From an uncultured delta proteobacterium (GTDB taxonomy: Bacteria; Myxococcota_A; Polyangia; Polyangiales; Polyangiaceae): a DNA stretch of 64,000 bases. The position numbers and the translations under genes were made by a program. The number at the start of each line of letters is the position of its first letter. Position 1 is the first letter of the stretch. Under the pieces are notes generated by a model that searched no databases, had not been told where the DNA came from, and worked only from the letters and a program-made list of their open reading frames with translations. Positions 33,233 through 45,709 of this stretch are shown here, one piece after another. The DNA lies in NCBI GenBank assembly GCA_963716725.1, contig CAVQUB010000009.1:343682-407681 (forward strand), given 5' to 3'.

Positions 33233-33924
33233 TCACTCCGGGATCCGGCGGGCCTTGCGCTGCAAGACCTCACCCTTGAAGATCCAGACCTTGACGCCGA
33301 TGATGCCGTAGGTGGTGCGCGCCTCGGCCAGGCCGAAGTCGACGTCGGCGCGCAGGGTGTGCAGCGGCACGCGTCCCTCGCGGTAGGTCTCGACGCGACC
33401 CATCTCGCGCCGCCGAGGCGACCCGCGCAGCGGATGCGCACGCCCTTGGCGCCGAACTTCATGGCGGTGGCAGCGCCTTCTTCATGGCGCGGCGGAAGGC
33501 GATGCGGCGCTCGAGCTGCGTCGCGACGTTCTCGGCGACGAGCTGCGCGTTGGTCTCGGCCTTGCGCACCTCTTGGACGTCGATGAAGACCTCGTTCTCG
33601 GTGAACGACTGGACGCCCGGGAACTTGGTCTCACCCTTGACGGCGGAGTCCAGGTTGCCGCTCTTCAGGATCTCGATGCCCTTGCCGCCCTTGCCGATGA
33701 CCATGCCGGGCCGCGCGGTGTAGACGATGACCTTGGCCTTGTTCGCGGCGCGCTCGATCTCGACGCTCGCGACGTTGGCGTTGTAGAGGTAGTCCTTCAC
33801 GGCGCGCTTGATGCGCATGTCTTCGTGCAGCCACTTCTGGTACTGGCCTGTCCTCGTACCACTTGCTCGTCCACGTCTTGATGACGCCGAGCCGGAAGCC
33901 GTACGGATGAGTCTTTTGTCCCAT
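33233..33924 (-). CDS. rpsC: 30S ribosomal protein S3 (frameshifted)
   Basis: [36 protein letters not shown]. Confidence 0.95.
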
Positions 33925-33960
33925 CTTCGTCTTGTCTCCGCGATCTAAAGAGAGCCTGGT

Positions 33961-34303
33961 TCAGCGTGCGTCGAGCTCGATGCGGATGTGGCTGACGCCT
34001 TTTTCGATGCGCGTCGCGCGACCCATGGCGCGCGGGCGCCAGCGGCGCATGTGCTCGGTCGGGCGCCTTGTCGGCGCTGGCGTGGCTCACGTAGAGCGAG
34101 TCCACGTCGACGTCGGGCCGCTTGACCTTGGCGTTGGCGATGGCGCTCGCGAGCAGCTTCTTGACGACGGGGGACGCGGCCTTCGGCACGAAGTCGAGGA
34201 GCTGGAGCGCTTCCGCGGCATCGCGGCCGCGCACCAGGTTGATGATCACGCGCGCCTTGCGCACGCTGATTCGCTGGTAGTTGGCATTGGCTCGGCTGAT
34301 CAT
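33961..34303 (-). CDS. rplV: 50S ribosomal protein L22 (frameshift near 3' end)
   Basis: RISVRKARVIINLVRG, KLLASAIANA; AGGAG SD at 34312-34316. Confidence 0.93.
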
Positions 34304-34552
34304 CGACTCGACTCCTGACGGCCCCGCGTTGGGGGCAGCTCACGAGACCCCGCCCGTCGGCGGGGGGAGCTTCTCCTGTCGCACCGCAGAGTGCTGGGGA
34401 GAAGCGAGCTAGACTTCCGGGAGCGCCTTGAGCGCCCCCCGTTCGGGGCCTTCGCGTGGGCTTTGGGTGACCCACATTGCGTTCGGTGTTGTTTGCCGAG
34501 CGCTTTAAAGGACGAACGTCGAACCCCAGGGGGCCCGAAAAAGGGGACGCGC

Positions 34553-34581
34553 TAAGTAGCAGAGCCGCTCAGCCCATGCAA
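34553..34581 (-). promoter_or_regulatory. Candidate promoter for the rplV-to-rplQ segment
   Basis: TTGCAT-N17-TACTTA with TG extension, upstream of a ~240-nt structured leader. Confidence 0.4.
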
Positions 34582-34741
34582 GCGCCGTGATATCCAGGGG
34601 ATACTGAATGAAAGCGCAGGCTTTTGCTTATTTCAGGGAGGCCGGTGTAGCTCCGGCCGTATAGTTCCGTCAAACGGTCACTATGCGTTCCCGCCCGCCA
34701 TCGGTCGGGACCATCACCCACTAGTATTGGAGGCTTGAGTA

Positions 34742-35479
34742 ATGCGGATCCAGGTCGAGAAATTCCTGGCCTTGACGGCCGTGCTTGCAGGCGGTGCGCT
34801 CTTTGGCTCCGGCTGCGTCACTGAAGACACCAAGACCGACACCGACGCCGGCGTCTCTGGCGGCGGAGGCACAGGCGGCTCGACCGGCGGAGCCGCGGGC
34901 AGCGGCGGCGTCGCTGGCGGCGGAGGAACTGCGGGCGGCGGAGGAACCGCGGGCGCCGGAGGAAGCGCGGGCAGCGACGGCGGGGCATGCCTCGGCGACA
35001 CCGGCTCGGAGGCGGACTGCAGCACGCTGCCCTACGCCAACACCACCTGCGGGGATGCCGGGGCCGAGGGCGCCGGGATCAACACCTTGGGCTACGACCT
35101 CTGCGTGTACACCGCGGGCTACGGCCGGCTCGGGATCCAAGCACCGATGCTCGATTGCCTCAAGGCGATCCCCGGTGACGCCTGCTCCGGAGCGCACGAC
35201 ACCGCGGTTCAGGGTTGCCTCAACTCCGTCTTCCCGCAGGCATGCCAACATCCTCCGCTGGATGACGGCGACGGCGGCACCTACGACCCGTGCAAGGACG
35301 TCGCGGACACCTGCAAGCCCGTCAGCGGTGGCACTGCAGGTATCACCGAGGCCCAGTGCAACGCCGCGCTCAACCCGCTCAGCAAGAGCGCTGCGCTCGC
35401 GACCCTCAATTGCTACCACACCCCGGCCACCGCCGACTGCGCCGTCGACTTCGAGGACTGCGTCGGGCTCCCCCAGTAA
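34742..35479 (+). CDS. Cys-rich lipoprotein with Gly-rich linker
   Basis: Lipobox GSGC, GGxGG linker, 14 further Cys. Confidence 0.75.
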   Translation: MRIQVEKFLALTAVLAGGALFGSGCVTEDTKTDTDAGVSGGGGTGGSTGGAAGSGGVAGGGGTAGGGGTAGAGGSAGSDGGACLGDTGSEADCSTLPYANTTCGDAGAEGAGINTLGYDLCVYTAGYGRLGIQAPMLDCLKAIPGDACSGAHDTAVQGCLNSVFPQACQHPPLDDGDGGTYDPCKDVADTCKPVSGGTAGITEAQCNAALNPLSKSAALATLNCYHTPATADCAVDFEDCVGLPQ

Positions 35480-35503
35480 CCGCGCGACCTCGCGCACACA
35501 CAA

Positions 35504-35538
35504 CAAGCGGGCCTCCCAACGGGGGCCCGTTTCTTTTG
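35504..35538 (+). terminator. Intrinsic terminator after the lipoprotein gene
   Basis: aagcgggcctcc-caac-gggggcccgttt followed by ctttt. Confidence 0.8.
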
Positions 35539-35562
35539 GGGGTGGTACCGTCCCGAAGCGCC

Positions 35563-36795
35563 ATGACCGAGCTGGCTCGTCCCACCCCGGCACCCTTTGG
35601 GTGGGCTGAGCCTTTTTTCACGCTTGGCGTGACGGGCACCAACGGCAAGACGTCCACGACGCTGCTGCTGGGCGCAGCGCTGCGGGCCACGGGTCGCGCG
35701 GTGTTGGTCGAGACCACCCTCGGGTACACGCTCGACGAACGCGCGCTCGACGTGCCGCGCACCCTCGAGGGCTACTTCAGCGCCTTCGAGCAGGCGGCGG
35801 GCGCGGGCTGTCGGGACGCCGTGGTCGAAGTCACCAGCCAGGCACTCGCTCAGGGTTACGCCAAGCGCTGGCGCTTCGATCTCGGGATCTTCACCAACCT
35901 GTCGCGCGATCACCTCTCCCAGCACGGGTCCTGGGAGCACTACCTGGCGAGCAAGGCGCAGCTCTTCGTGCACCTGGGCCCGGGTCAGAGCGCGGTGCTC
36001 AACGCCGCAGACGAGAGCGCGCTGCTGATCGACCGCGTCACCCCCGACGACGTGAAGCGCGTGTGGTACCGCGTGCCGTCGCGGGGCCCGGCGCTGCACC
36101 ACGCCGATCTCGCTGCAAACGCCGTCAGCCTCTCGGCAGACGGAACGCTCGTCACGCTCGAACCCTCCGCGCTCGCCGAGGCGCTGGGTGGTTCGCTGCG
36201 AACGCGAATGATTGGCGAGGTATTCGCGGAGAACGCTTTGGCCGCGGCCGCCGGCGCCATCGCGGCCGGCGTGGATGCTGCGGTGGTGGCCCGCGGGATC
36301 GCAAGCTGTCCGGTCGTACCTGGCCGTTTCGAGGTGGTGACTCGCGAGCCTGCCCTCGTCGCCGTGGACTACGCCCACACCCCGGATGCGCTCGCGCGCA
36401 CCTGTGACGCGGCGCGGGCACTCGCGGGTCAGAAGCGCGTGATCGTGGTTTTCGGCGCCGGCGGCGGGGCCGATCCCGAGAAACGCGAACCCATGGGCCG
36501 CGCCGTGGGCCAGCGTGCCGACGTCGCCATCGTGACCAACGACAACCCGCGCCGCGAGGATCCCAAGTTTATCGCCAAGGCGGTGGCGCGCGGGGCCGAG
36601 CGCGGAGGACGAGCTTACGTGCTCACGGAGCTCGATCGCCGGGCGGCGATCCGCCAAGCGCTCGAGCGTTCGAAACCCGGTGACGTCGTGGTCGTCGCCG
36701 GCAAGGGCCACGAACGCGGCCAGACCTTGGGGGACGAGACGCTGCCCTTCTCGGATGTCGAAGAGCTCGCAGCGCTCCTCGGAGGGTCGACATGA
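35563..36795 (+). CDS. murE: MurE-like amino-acid ligase lacking the N-terminal domain
   Basis: GVTGTNGKT, EVTSQAL, FTNLSRDHL, VDYAHTPD, DNPR (m-DAP specificity), AGKGHE. Confidence 0.85.
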   Translation: MTELARPTPAPFGWAEPFFTLGVTGTNGKTSTTLLLGAALRATGRAVLVETTLGYTLDERALDVPRTLEGYFSAFEQAAGAGCRDAVVEVTSQALAQGYAKRWRFDLGIFTNLSRDHLSQHGSWEHYLASKAQLFVHLGPGQSAVLNAADESALLIDRVTPDDVKRVWYRVPSRGPALHHADLAANAVSLSADGTLVTLEPSALAEALGGSLRTRMIGEVFAENALAAAAGAIAAGVDAAVVARGIASCPVVPGRFEVVTREPALVAVDYAHTPDALARTCDAARALAGQKRVIVVFGAGGGADPEKREPMGRAVGQRADVAIVTNDNPRREDPKFIAKAVARGAERGGRAYVLTELDRRAAIRQALERSKPGDVVVVAGKGHERGQTLGDETLPFSDVEELAALLGGST

Positions 36796-37724
36796 GCAGC
36801 CATATGCCGGAAAAGGCGCTGTCCGCAGCCGAGCGCGCGGTCTCGGAGCTGCGCACTGATCTCGAGCGCGCCTACGGCTGGACTCACCTCGACGTCGCAC
36901 TCAGCCTGGGCCCGCAGGACTTCGGCCTGATCGCCCGCGGCAAGGTCTTGGTCCCCCGCGCCGCGCGCCGCCTCCGCGCCGCCCTCGTCGACGCGGTGCC
37001 CGAGGCATGGCCCGTGGACACCAGCGGCGTCACGCTCCTGACCAGCGGCGCCTGGCACGCGCTGGGTGCGTCGATCACTCAGCTCTGGCAGACCCACCCG
37101 GCACGCGGCAAGACCCTCGCGACGGAGTCCTTGCCAGAAGACGGGCCCGTCGAGCTGCTCACCCGATACGCCGGGGCGAGCCTGGTGCGTGGTGTCGACG
37201 CCACCGTCGGTTGGGTCGATCGCGACGTCGACGCCTCGGTGCCGGCTCCGGTCATCGAGCCCACCCGGGGCACCGGAGACGGTGTCGCCGCCGCAGCGCG
37301 GGCGTTTCTGGGCACCCCCTACCGACTCGGTGGCGGAACGGACGCGGGCATCGACTGCTCGGCGTTGGTGCAGCGCGCGTTCCTGCGCGGCCTGTCGCTG
37401 CGGCTGCCCCGCCACTCGACCGACCAACTCGCGGCCACCACGGTCGAGGGCCACGTGCCCGAGCAGACCGGCGACCTGGTCTTTGCGTGGACCGAGCGCG
37501 AGGGCCCCTGCCACGTCGGGATCGCCATCGAAGGCGAGCCCATGACTGTGCTGCACGCCTCGCTGAGTCGGAAGTGCGTGGTGGAGGATCCCATCGAGCG
37601 CTTCCTGGAGGGCGCGGAGCGTACCGAGACCTCCCCGCTGATCAGGGTCATGCGCTTCCACTCGCGCAACGTGGGCAAGCCCACCCTCACACTGCGGGCG
37701 GTGGACTCGGAGATCGATGGTTGA
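36792..37724 (+). CDS. NlpC/P60 family cysteine peptidase
   Basis: LGTPYRLGG..GIDCSALVQ, HVGI, LHAS; ATGA overlap with the murE-like gene. Confidence 0.88.
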   Translation: MSSHMPEKALSAAERAVSELRTDLERAYGWTHLDVALSLGPQDFGLIARGKVLVPRAARRLRAALVDAVPEAWPVDTSGVTLLTSGAWHALGASITQLWQTHPARGKTLATESLPEDGPVELLTRYAGASLVRGVDATVGWVDRDVDASVPAPVIEPTRGTGDGVAAAARAFLGTPYRLGGGTDAGIDCSALVQRAFLRGLSLRLPRHSTDQLAATTVEGHVPEQTGDLVFAWTEREGPCHVGIAIEGEPMTVLHASLSRKCVVEDPIERFLEGAERTETSPLIRVMRFHSRNVGKPTLTLRAVDSEIDG

Positions 37725-38538
37725 CGACGAAGTGATGGCGCTCACGCGGGGCTTCGGGGGCAGGGTCGGCATCGCCGCCGAGAACCTCGCCACCGGCGAC
37801 CGCATCTCGCTGCATGCCGACGAGGTCTTCCCGACGGCGAGCGCGATCAAGATCTTCGTGCTGGGCGCGCTGCTCGAAGGGGCCGCGGCAGGCAAAGTCG
37901 ACCTCGCCGAACGCTGCGCGCTCTCTCACGAAGCACGCACCCTCGGCTCCGGCGTGCTCGTGCATTTGAGCCCGGGCCTCGAGCCCACCTGGTCCGATCT
38001 CGCCACGCTGATGATGATGGTCTCGGACAACCTGGCGACCAACCTGCTCGTCGACCGGATCGGGATAGGCGCCATCAACTCCCACATCCGGAGCGCGGGG
38101 CTCGAGCAGAGCGCACTGAAGGGCCGGGTCGACTTCTCGCGTCTCGCCGTCGACAAGACCGCGTTGGGCGTCTCCACTCCGGCCGAGTTCGTGCGCTACT
38201 TCGTGGGGCTGCGCCGCGCCCAAGTGCTCGACGCAACCTGCTCCGAGCGCATGTTCGACCTGATGCGCGTTCAGAAGTACATCGAACCGTTGCGACGAAA
38301 CCTGCCGGCCGATCCCTACGCGCGCGAGTTTGGCGATCCGGAGCCGGTCTGGGTCGCGAGCAAGACCGGCAGCCTCTCGGGTGTGCGCTGTGAGGCCGGA
38401 CTCGTGCACACGCCCCGGGCCGAGTGGGCCATCGCGGTCATGACCCGCGACGTCGCCGACACGCGCGTGACGAGCGACAACGACGCGGTGCGGCTGATCG
38501 CCGACCTGAGCCGCGCGGTGTACGACGCTTGGGGGTGA
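37717..38538 (+). CDS. Serine hydrolase of the class A beta-lactamase/PBP fold, no signal peptide
   Basis: SxxK (SAIK), SDN and KTG motifs. Confidence 0.85.
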   Translation: MVDDEVMALTRGFGGRVGIAAENLATGDRISLHADEVFPTASAIKIFVLGALLEGAAAGKVDLAERCALSHEARTLGSGVLVHLSPGLEPTWSDLATLMMMVSDNLATNLLVDRIGIGAINSHIRSAGLEQSALKGRVDFSRLAVDKTALGVSTPAEFVRYFVGLRRAQVLDATCSERMFDLMRVQKYIEPLRRNLPADPYAREFGDPEPVWVASKTGSLSGVRCEAGLVHTPRAEWAIAVMTRDVADTRVTSDNDAVRLIADLSRAVYDAWG

Positions 38539-38569
38539 CCGGGCGCAGCGCCCGGTTCGAGCCGCCGCC

Positions 38570-38687
38570 GGCACCTCTTCACAGCCTCGAGCGCTTCCGC
38601 GCCATCGCCACGCGCTTCGAAAAAACGGCGCGAAACTTCCTCGCACTCACCCAACTCGCTTGTGCGTGGCTTTCGCTCGCTAACTAG
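38570..38687 (+). mobile_element. IS5-family transposase C-terminal remnant
   Basis: ERFRAIATRFEKTARNFLALTQLACAWL matches the IS5-family tail R.IATRY.K...NF; ends in CTAG. Confidence 0.7.
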
Positions 38688-38915
38688 GAAGCGAGCACGC
38701 GGGCAGCGCGCCCGCGAAACCGCTTGCCTGGCACGCGCCGCTCGGCCGGAGGCCGAGCCCTGGGATCACGTGACCAGTCTTGCCATGATCAGATCGCGAT
38801 CCGCCACTGAGGCCGGAGCGCGAGAACCGGCCGGGACCGGCGGCGGCTGTTCCGACAGTGTGGAAGGGTCGCGTGGCGTCGCTGTCGTCCACGGAGTGAG
38901 AATTAGGGACACCCT

Positions 38916-39491
38916 CTAGTTCGAGAGCACCTTGATCACACCCTTGCAGCTGGCCGGAGCTTGACCCCCGCAGGCGTGCGTTTGCAGTTGGAGGAGGCAC
39001 TGATCGGCGGTCGCCGAGAGGCCGACGCCGGAAGCGCAGGTCGCGGCGAGCTCGACCGCCACCTCCGACTCACACGCGGCTTGATCGGCTGCCGCCTTGC
39101 AGCGCACGCCCCACCTGCAGATCCCCCGGGCAAAGTCCTTGCAATACGCCGCGACGGGCGCTGGGTCGTTGATGTCTTTGCACTCCGCCGGCAGATCGAT
39201 GGGCGAAGGGCAGCTGGCCTGGCTCAGCTTCCCGACGCAGGCCTGCATCGTCGAATCGTCCTTGCAGAACAAGCTCTGGTACAGCTCGTCGCACTCGGCG
39301 CGAGACTGAGCCTGGCACTTGTCGGCGAGAAAATCGCAGGTCGCGTCCTGCCAAGCCTTGCAGGTGGTCGACCGCTTCGAGGCGTACTGCTCGCCCGGCC
39401 CACCGCCGCTGCTGTCGTACTTGCCCGAGCAAGCGCCGATGAACCCGGCGAGCATCAGCGAGGTGATCGTGAGCTTCATCGCCAGGCGCAT
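38916..39491 (-). CDS. Cys-rich lipoprotein with two 8-Cys repeats
   Basis: Lipobox IGAC; two similarly spaced 8-Cys units. Confidence 0.75.
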   Translation of the reverse strand: MRLAMKLTITSLMLAGFIGACSGKYDSSGGGPGEQYASKRSTTCKAWQDATCDFLADKCQAQSRAECDELYQSLFCKDDSTMQACVGKLSQASCPSPIDLPAECKDINDPAPVAAYCKDFARGICRWGVRCKAAADQAACESEVAVELAATCASGVGLSATADQCLLQLQTHACGGQAPASCKGVIKVLSN

Positions 39492-39570
39492 CGCAGATCC
39501 TCCGACCCGGAGCGTAGCGCAGCAACCCGGACCGCGGTACTTGGCACCTGCCCACGGCCTTGCGAACCAC

Positions 39571-39611
39571 AAACGTGAAACGCGAGCCATCCCCCGAAGG
39601 GGAGGCCCGCG
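39571..39611 (-). terminator. Intrinsic terminator directly after rpsS
   Basis: cgcgggcctcccc-TTCG-ggggatggctcgcg followed by tttcacgttt. Confidence 0.8.
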
Positions 39612-39631
39612 CTTCGATTGGCAGTGCCCGA

Positions 39632-39938
39632 CTAGGCCTTGCCCGTACGCTGGTTGAGCTTCTTGCCGCCGCCCTTCTTGTCACCCGCGTGACCGTGGAA
39701 GGTCCGAGTCGGCGCGAACTCGCCGTAGCTTGTGCCCGACCATGTTCTCGGTGACGAACACCGGCACGAACTTGCGTCCGTTGTGCACGGCGAAGGTGAG
39801 CCCGATGGCCTCAGGGAAGATGGTGGAGCGACGCGACCAGGTCTTGATGACCTTCTTGCCGCCGGAGTCGGCGGCGTCCTGGATCTTCTTCGCCAGGTGA
39901 CCGTCGCAGAACGGACCCTTCTTGATGCTGCGTGCCAT
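39632..39938 (-). CDS. rpsS: 30S ribosomal protein S19 (frameshift near 39725)
   Basis: [10 protein letters not shown]...KTWSRRSTI...[12 protein letters not shown]. Confidence 0.96.
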
Positions 39939-39941
39939 CTA

Positions 39942-40783
<842 letters not shown>

Positions 40784-40786
40784 GGC

Positions 40787-41084
40787 TCACTCCTTCGGAC
40801 TCGTCGAAGAACTCGATGGTCGAGCCCGGACGCAGCGTGACAATGGCCTTCTTCCAGTTGCTGCAGCTTGGCCGAGCCGCGACCCATGCGCTTCGGCTTG
40901 CCGCGATGATTGCAGGGTGTTCACGTCGGCGACCTCAACGTCGAAGAGCATCTCGACCGCCGTCTTGATTTCGATCTTGTTGGCGGTGCGGTCGACCTCG
41001 AAGACGACCTTGTTTTCGCCCTTCATGATGCGCGGCCTTCTCGGTCAGCGCGATGGGGCGCTTGATGATCTGTTCCGGCGTCAT
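40787..41084 (-). CDS. rplW: 50S ribosomal protein L23 (frameshifted)
   Basis: [29 protein letters not shown]. Confidence 0.93.
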
Positions 41085-41720
41085 CGACTTGCTCCCGAGG
41101 CAGCGGGCTTCGAGCGCCTTGGCCGCGTCCTTGGACATCACGAGGTGGTCGTGGCGCAAGAGGTCGTACACGTTGACGCCCTTCGGGCGGCAGGAACTGC
41201 CGGTTCTTCATGTTGCGGATCGAGAGCCGCAGCTGCGTCGTTGCCCTTGTCGTCCACGACCAGGGTCTTCAGTCGGCGTCTTCAGGGTGTCGAGCACGCC
41301 CGCGAGCCGTTGCGTCTTGACCTCTCCGAGGTCGATGTTGTCGACCACGGTGAGTCGGCCTTCCTTGACCAGCAGACTCGAGCGCGCACTTGAGGGCGCC
41401 GAGCGCACGCGGCGCGGAGGACGGTAGGACCAGTCTTGGGGTTTGGGCGGGTGCGCCCGGCCACCACCGACGAAGATCGGGGCGCGCTTGTTGCCGTGAC
41501 GGGCTCCGCCGGTGCCCTTCTGCTTGTAGAGCTTCTTCTTGGCGCCGCGGACCGCCGAGCGTTCCTTGGCAGCGCGGGTCCCCGCACGCGCGCTCGCGAG
41601 CTGCGCCGTGACCACTTCGTGGAGCAGGTGCTCCTTGACTTCGGTTGCGAAGACTTCGTCTGCGAGCTCGAGCTCGCCGACCTTCTCGCGCTTCAGATTG
41701 TAGACGTCCAGCTTGGCCAT
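41081..41720 (-). CDS. rplD: 50S ribosomal protein L4 (frameshifted)
   Basis: KKLYKQKGTGGARHG..RAPIFVGGG. Confidence 0.95.
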
Positions 41721-41733
41721 GGGCGCTCCCGTC

Positions 41734-42045
<312 letters not shown>

Positions 42046-42129
42046 GTTTCGGGTCTCTTCGCGCAATTGCAGGGGACCAGGGCGCGGCGCCGGGACGTCA
42101 GTGCCCCAACGCCGCCTCGGTCCGTCCCC

Positions 42130-43329
<1,200 letters not shown>

Positions 43330-43338
43330 GACCCTGCC

Positions 43339-45461
43339 TCACTTCCCGCGGACTTTCGCGACGATTTCTTCCTGCACGGAGCTCGGAACGGGCTCGTAGT
43401 GCGAAAACTGCATCGTGTACGTCGCGCGACCCTGCGTCTTGCTGCGCAGATCCGTCGCGTAACCGAACATGGTGGCGAGCGGTACCTCCGCGGCGATCAC
43501 CTGGGTGTTGGCGCCGCGCTGGTTCATGCCGAGCACACGACCGCGACGTGAGTTCAGGTCGCCGATCACGTCGCCCATGTTGTCGGAAGGCGTGACGACC
43601 TCGACGCTCATCACCGGCTCGAGCAGCTGCATGCCCGCTCGCTTGGCGCCGTCCTGGAAGGCGAGGGAGCCCGCGATTTCGAAGGCGTGAGTCGAAGAAT
43701 CGACGTCGTGGTAGGTGCCGTAGTGAAGCTCGGCCTCGACGTCGACCATCGGGTAGCCGGCGAGCACGCCGCGAGCCGAGAGCGTCGCGGATGCCCTTCT
43801 CGACGGACGGGATGAACTCGCGCGGGATCGATCCGCCGACGATCGAGTCGACGAATACGAAGCCCGCGCCGCGCTCCGCAGGTTCGATCCGGATGCAGAC
43901 GTGACCGTACTGGCCACGACCGCCGGTCTGGCGCGCGTACTTGTGCTCGGCCTCGACGGCCTTGGTGATGCACTCGCGGTAAGCCACCTCGGGCTTGCCG
44001 ACGTTGGCCTCGACCTTGAACTCGCGCTTCAGGCGGTCGACGATGATCTCCAGGTGGAGCTCGCCCATGCCGGCGATGATGGTCTGCCCGGTCTCTTCGT
44101 TGGTGAAGGTGCGGAACGAAGGATCCTCTTGGGCCAGCTTCTGCATCGACATGCCCAGCTTGTCGAGATCGGCCTGGGTCTTCGGCTCGATGGCGATGGA
44201 GATGACCGGCTCTGGGAAGGTCATGCGCTCGAGCACGACCGGAGACTTGTCGTCACAGAGCGTGTCGCCGGTGCGCGTGTCGCGGAGCCCCACGGCAGCG
44301 TAGATGTTGCCCGCGTGGCACTCCTTGAGCTCCTCGCGCTTGTTGGCGTGCATGCGCAAGATGCGCCCGATGCGCTCCTTCTGGCTGCGCGTCGAGTTGA
44401 GCAGGTTGGTGCCACTCGAGAGCGTGCCGGAGTAGACCCGGAAGAAGGTCAGGTTTCCGACGAAGGGATCGTTCATGATCTTGAACGCCAAGGCGGAGAA
44501 CGGCGCCGCGTCATCGGCCGCGCGCAGCTCCTTGCGATCCGCGTGGTCGGGGTGCACGCCTTCGACGGGCGGGATGTCCATGGGGGACGGCAAGTAGTTG
44601 ATGACCGCGTCGAGCAAGAGCTGCACGCCCTTGTTCTTGAACGCGGAGCCGCACATCACGGGCACGAACGCGAAGGTCACCGTGGCCTTGCGGATGGCCG
44701 CGTGGATCTCGCTCCTCGCTCACCTCGCCCGAGCGCCCATCCAGGAACTTCTCCATGATGGCGTCGTCGACGTCAGCACAGGCCTCGATCAGCTGCTCGC
44801 GCAGCTCCTTGCACTTCGCCTCCAAATCCGCCGGGATGGGGTCCCAGGAGAACTTCGAGCCGAGGCTGTCGTCGCTGAAGATGGCCGCCTTCATGCGGAT
44901 GAGGTCGACCATGCCCTTGAGTTGGTCTTCTTGACCCACCGGCCACTGGAGCGGAATCGGCCTGCAGCCCAGGCGCTCCTTCATGCTGTCCAGGTTCATC
45001 TGGAAGTCAGCGCCGGTCTTGTCCAGCTTGTTGACGAATGCGATGCGCGGGACCTCGTAGCGGTCGGCCTGGCGCCACACCGTCTCGCTCTGGGGCTCGA
45101 CGCCGTTGCCACCGTCGAAGACAGCGACGGCGCCGTCGAGCACGCGCAGGCTTCGCTCCACCTCGATGGTGAAGTCGACGTGACCAGGAGTGTCGATGAT
45201 GTTGATGCGGTGCTTCTTGGTCTCGAAGGGACCCGATTCCGGCGTCCAGAAGCAGTTGGTGGCGGCGCTGGTGATGGTGATGCCGCGTTCCTGCTCCTGC
45301 ACCATCCAGTCCATGGTGGCGGCGCCGTCGTGCACTTCACCGATTTTGTGGGTGATGCCCGTGTAATAGAGGATTCGCTCGGTTACCGTGGTCTTGCCCG
45401 CGTCGATGTGGGCCATGATCCCGATGTTGCGGGTGCGGTCGAGTGCAATTTCGCGGGCCAT
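43339..45461 (-). CDS. fusA: Elongation factor G (frameshifted)
   Basis: [36 protein letters not shown]. Confidence 0.97.
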
Positions 45462-45709
45462 TTGTCGTCTCTACTTGTTCGTTGCGGGTCACTTGACGGA
45501 CGAAACCCCTCCCGGCCATCTCGTCCCCTCGCGTTTTGAGGGGCGCTGTTCATGCCGGAAGGGGTATCGGGGTGCTCGATCTGCCGCGGTGCGGGACGGT
45601 CTCGCGGACCATCTTTCGGCAACCCGATCCTTATGTGATCTGGTTCATCTCGTCGTAGCTAGCTCATGGGGGATGTCGAGGGATCTGGTGTCGAAAGCAG
45701 GACCGAACT

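Noticed and set aside
37717..38538. Class A beta-lactamase resistance gene
   Set aside because: No signal peptide and no recognisable Glu166 omega-loop motif; better described as a PBP-like serine hydrolase.
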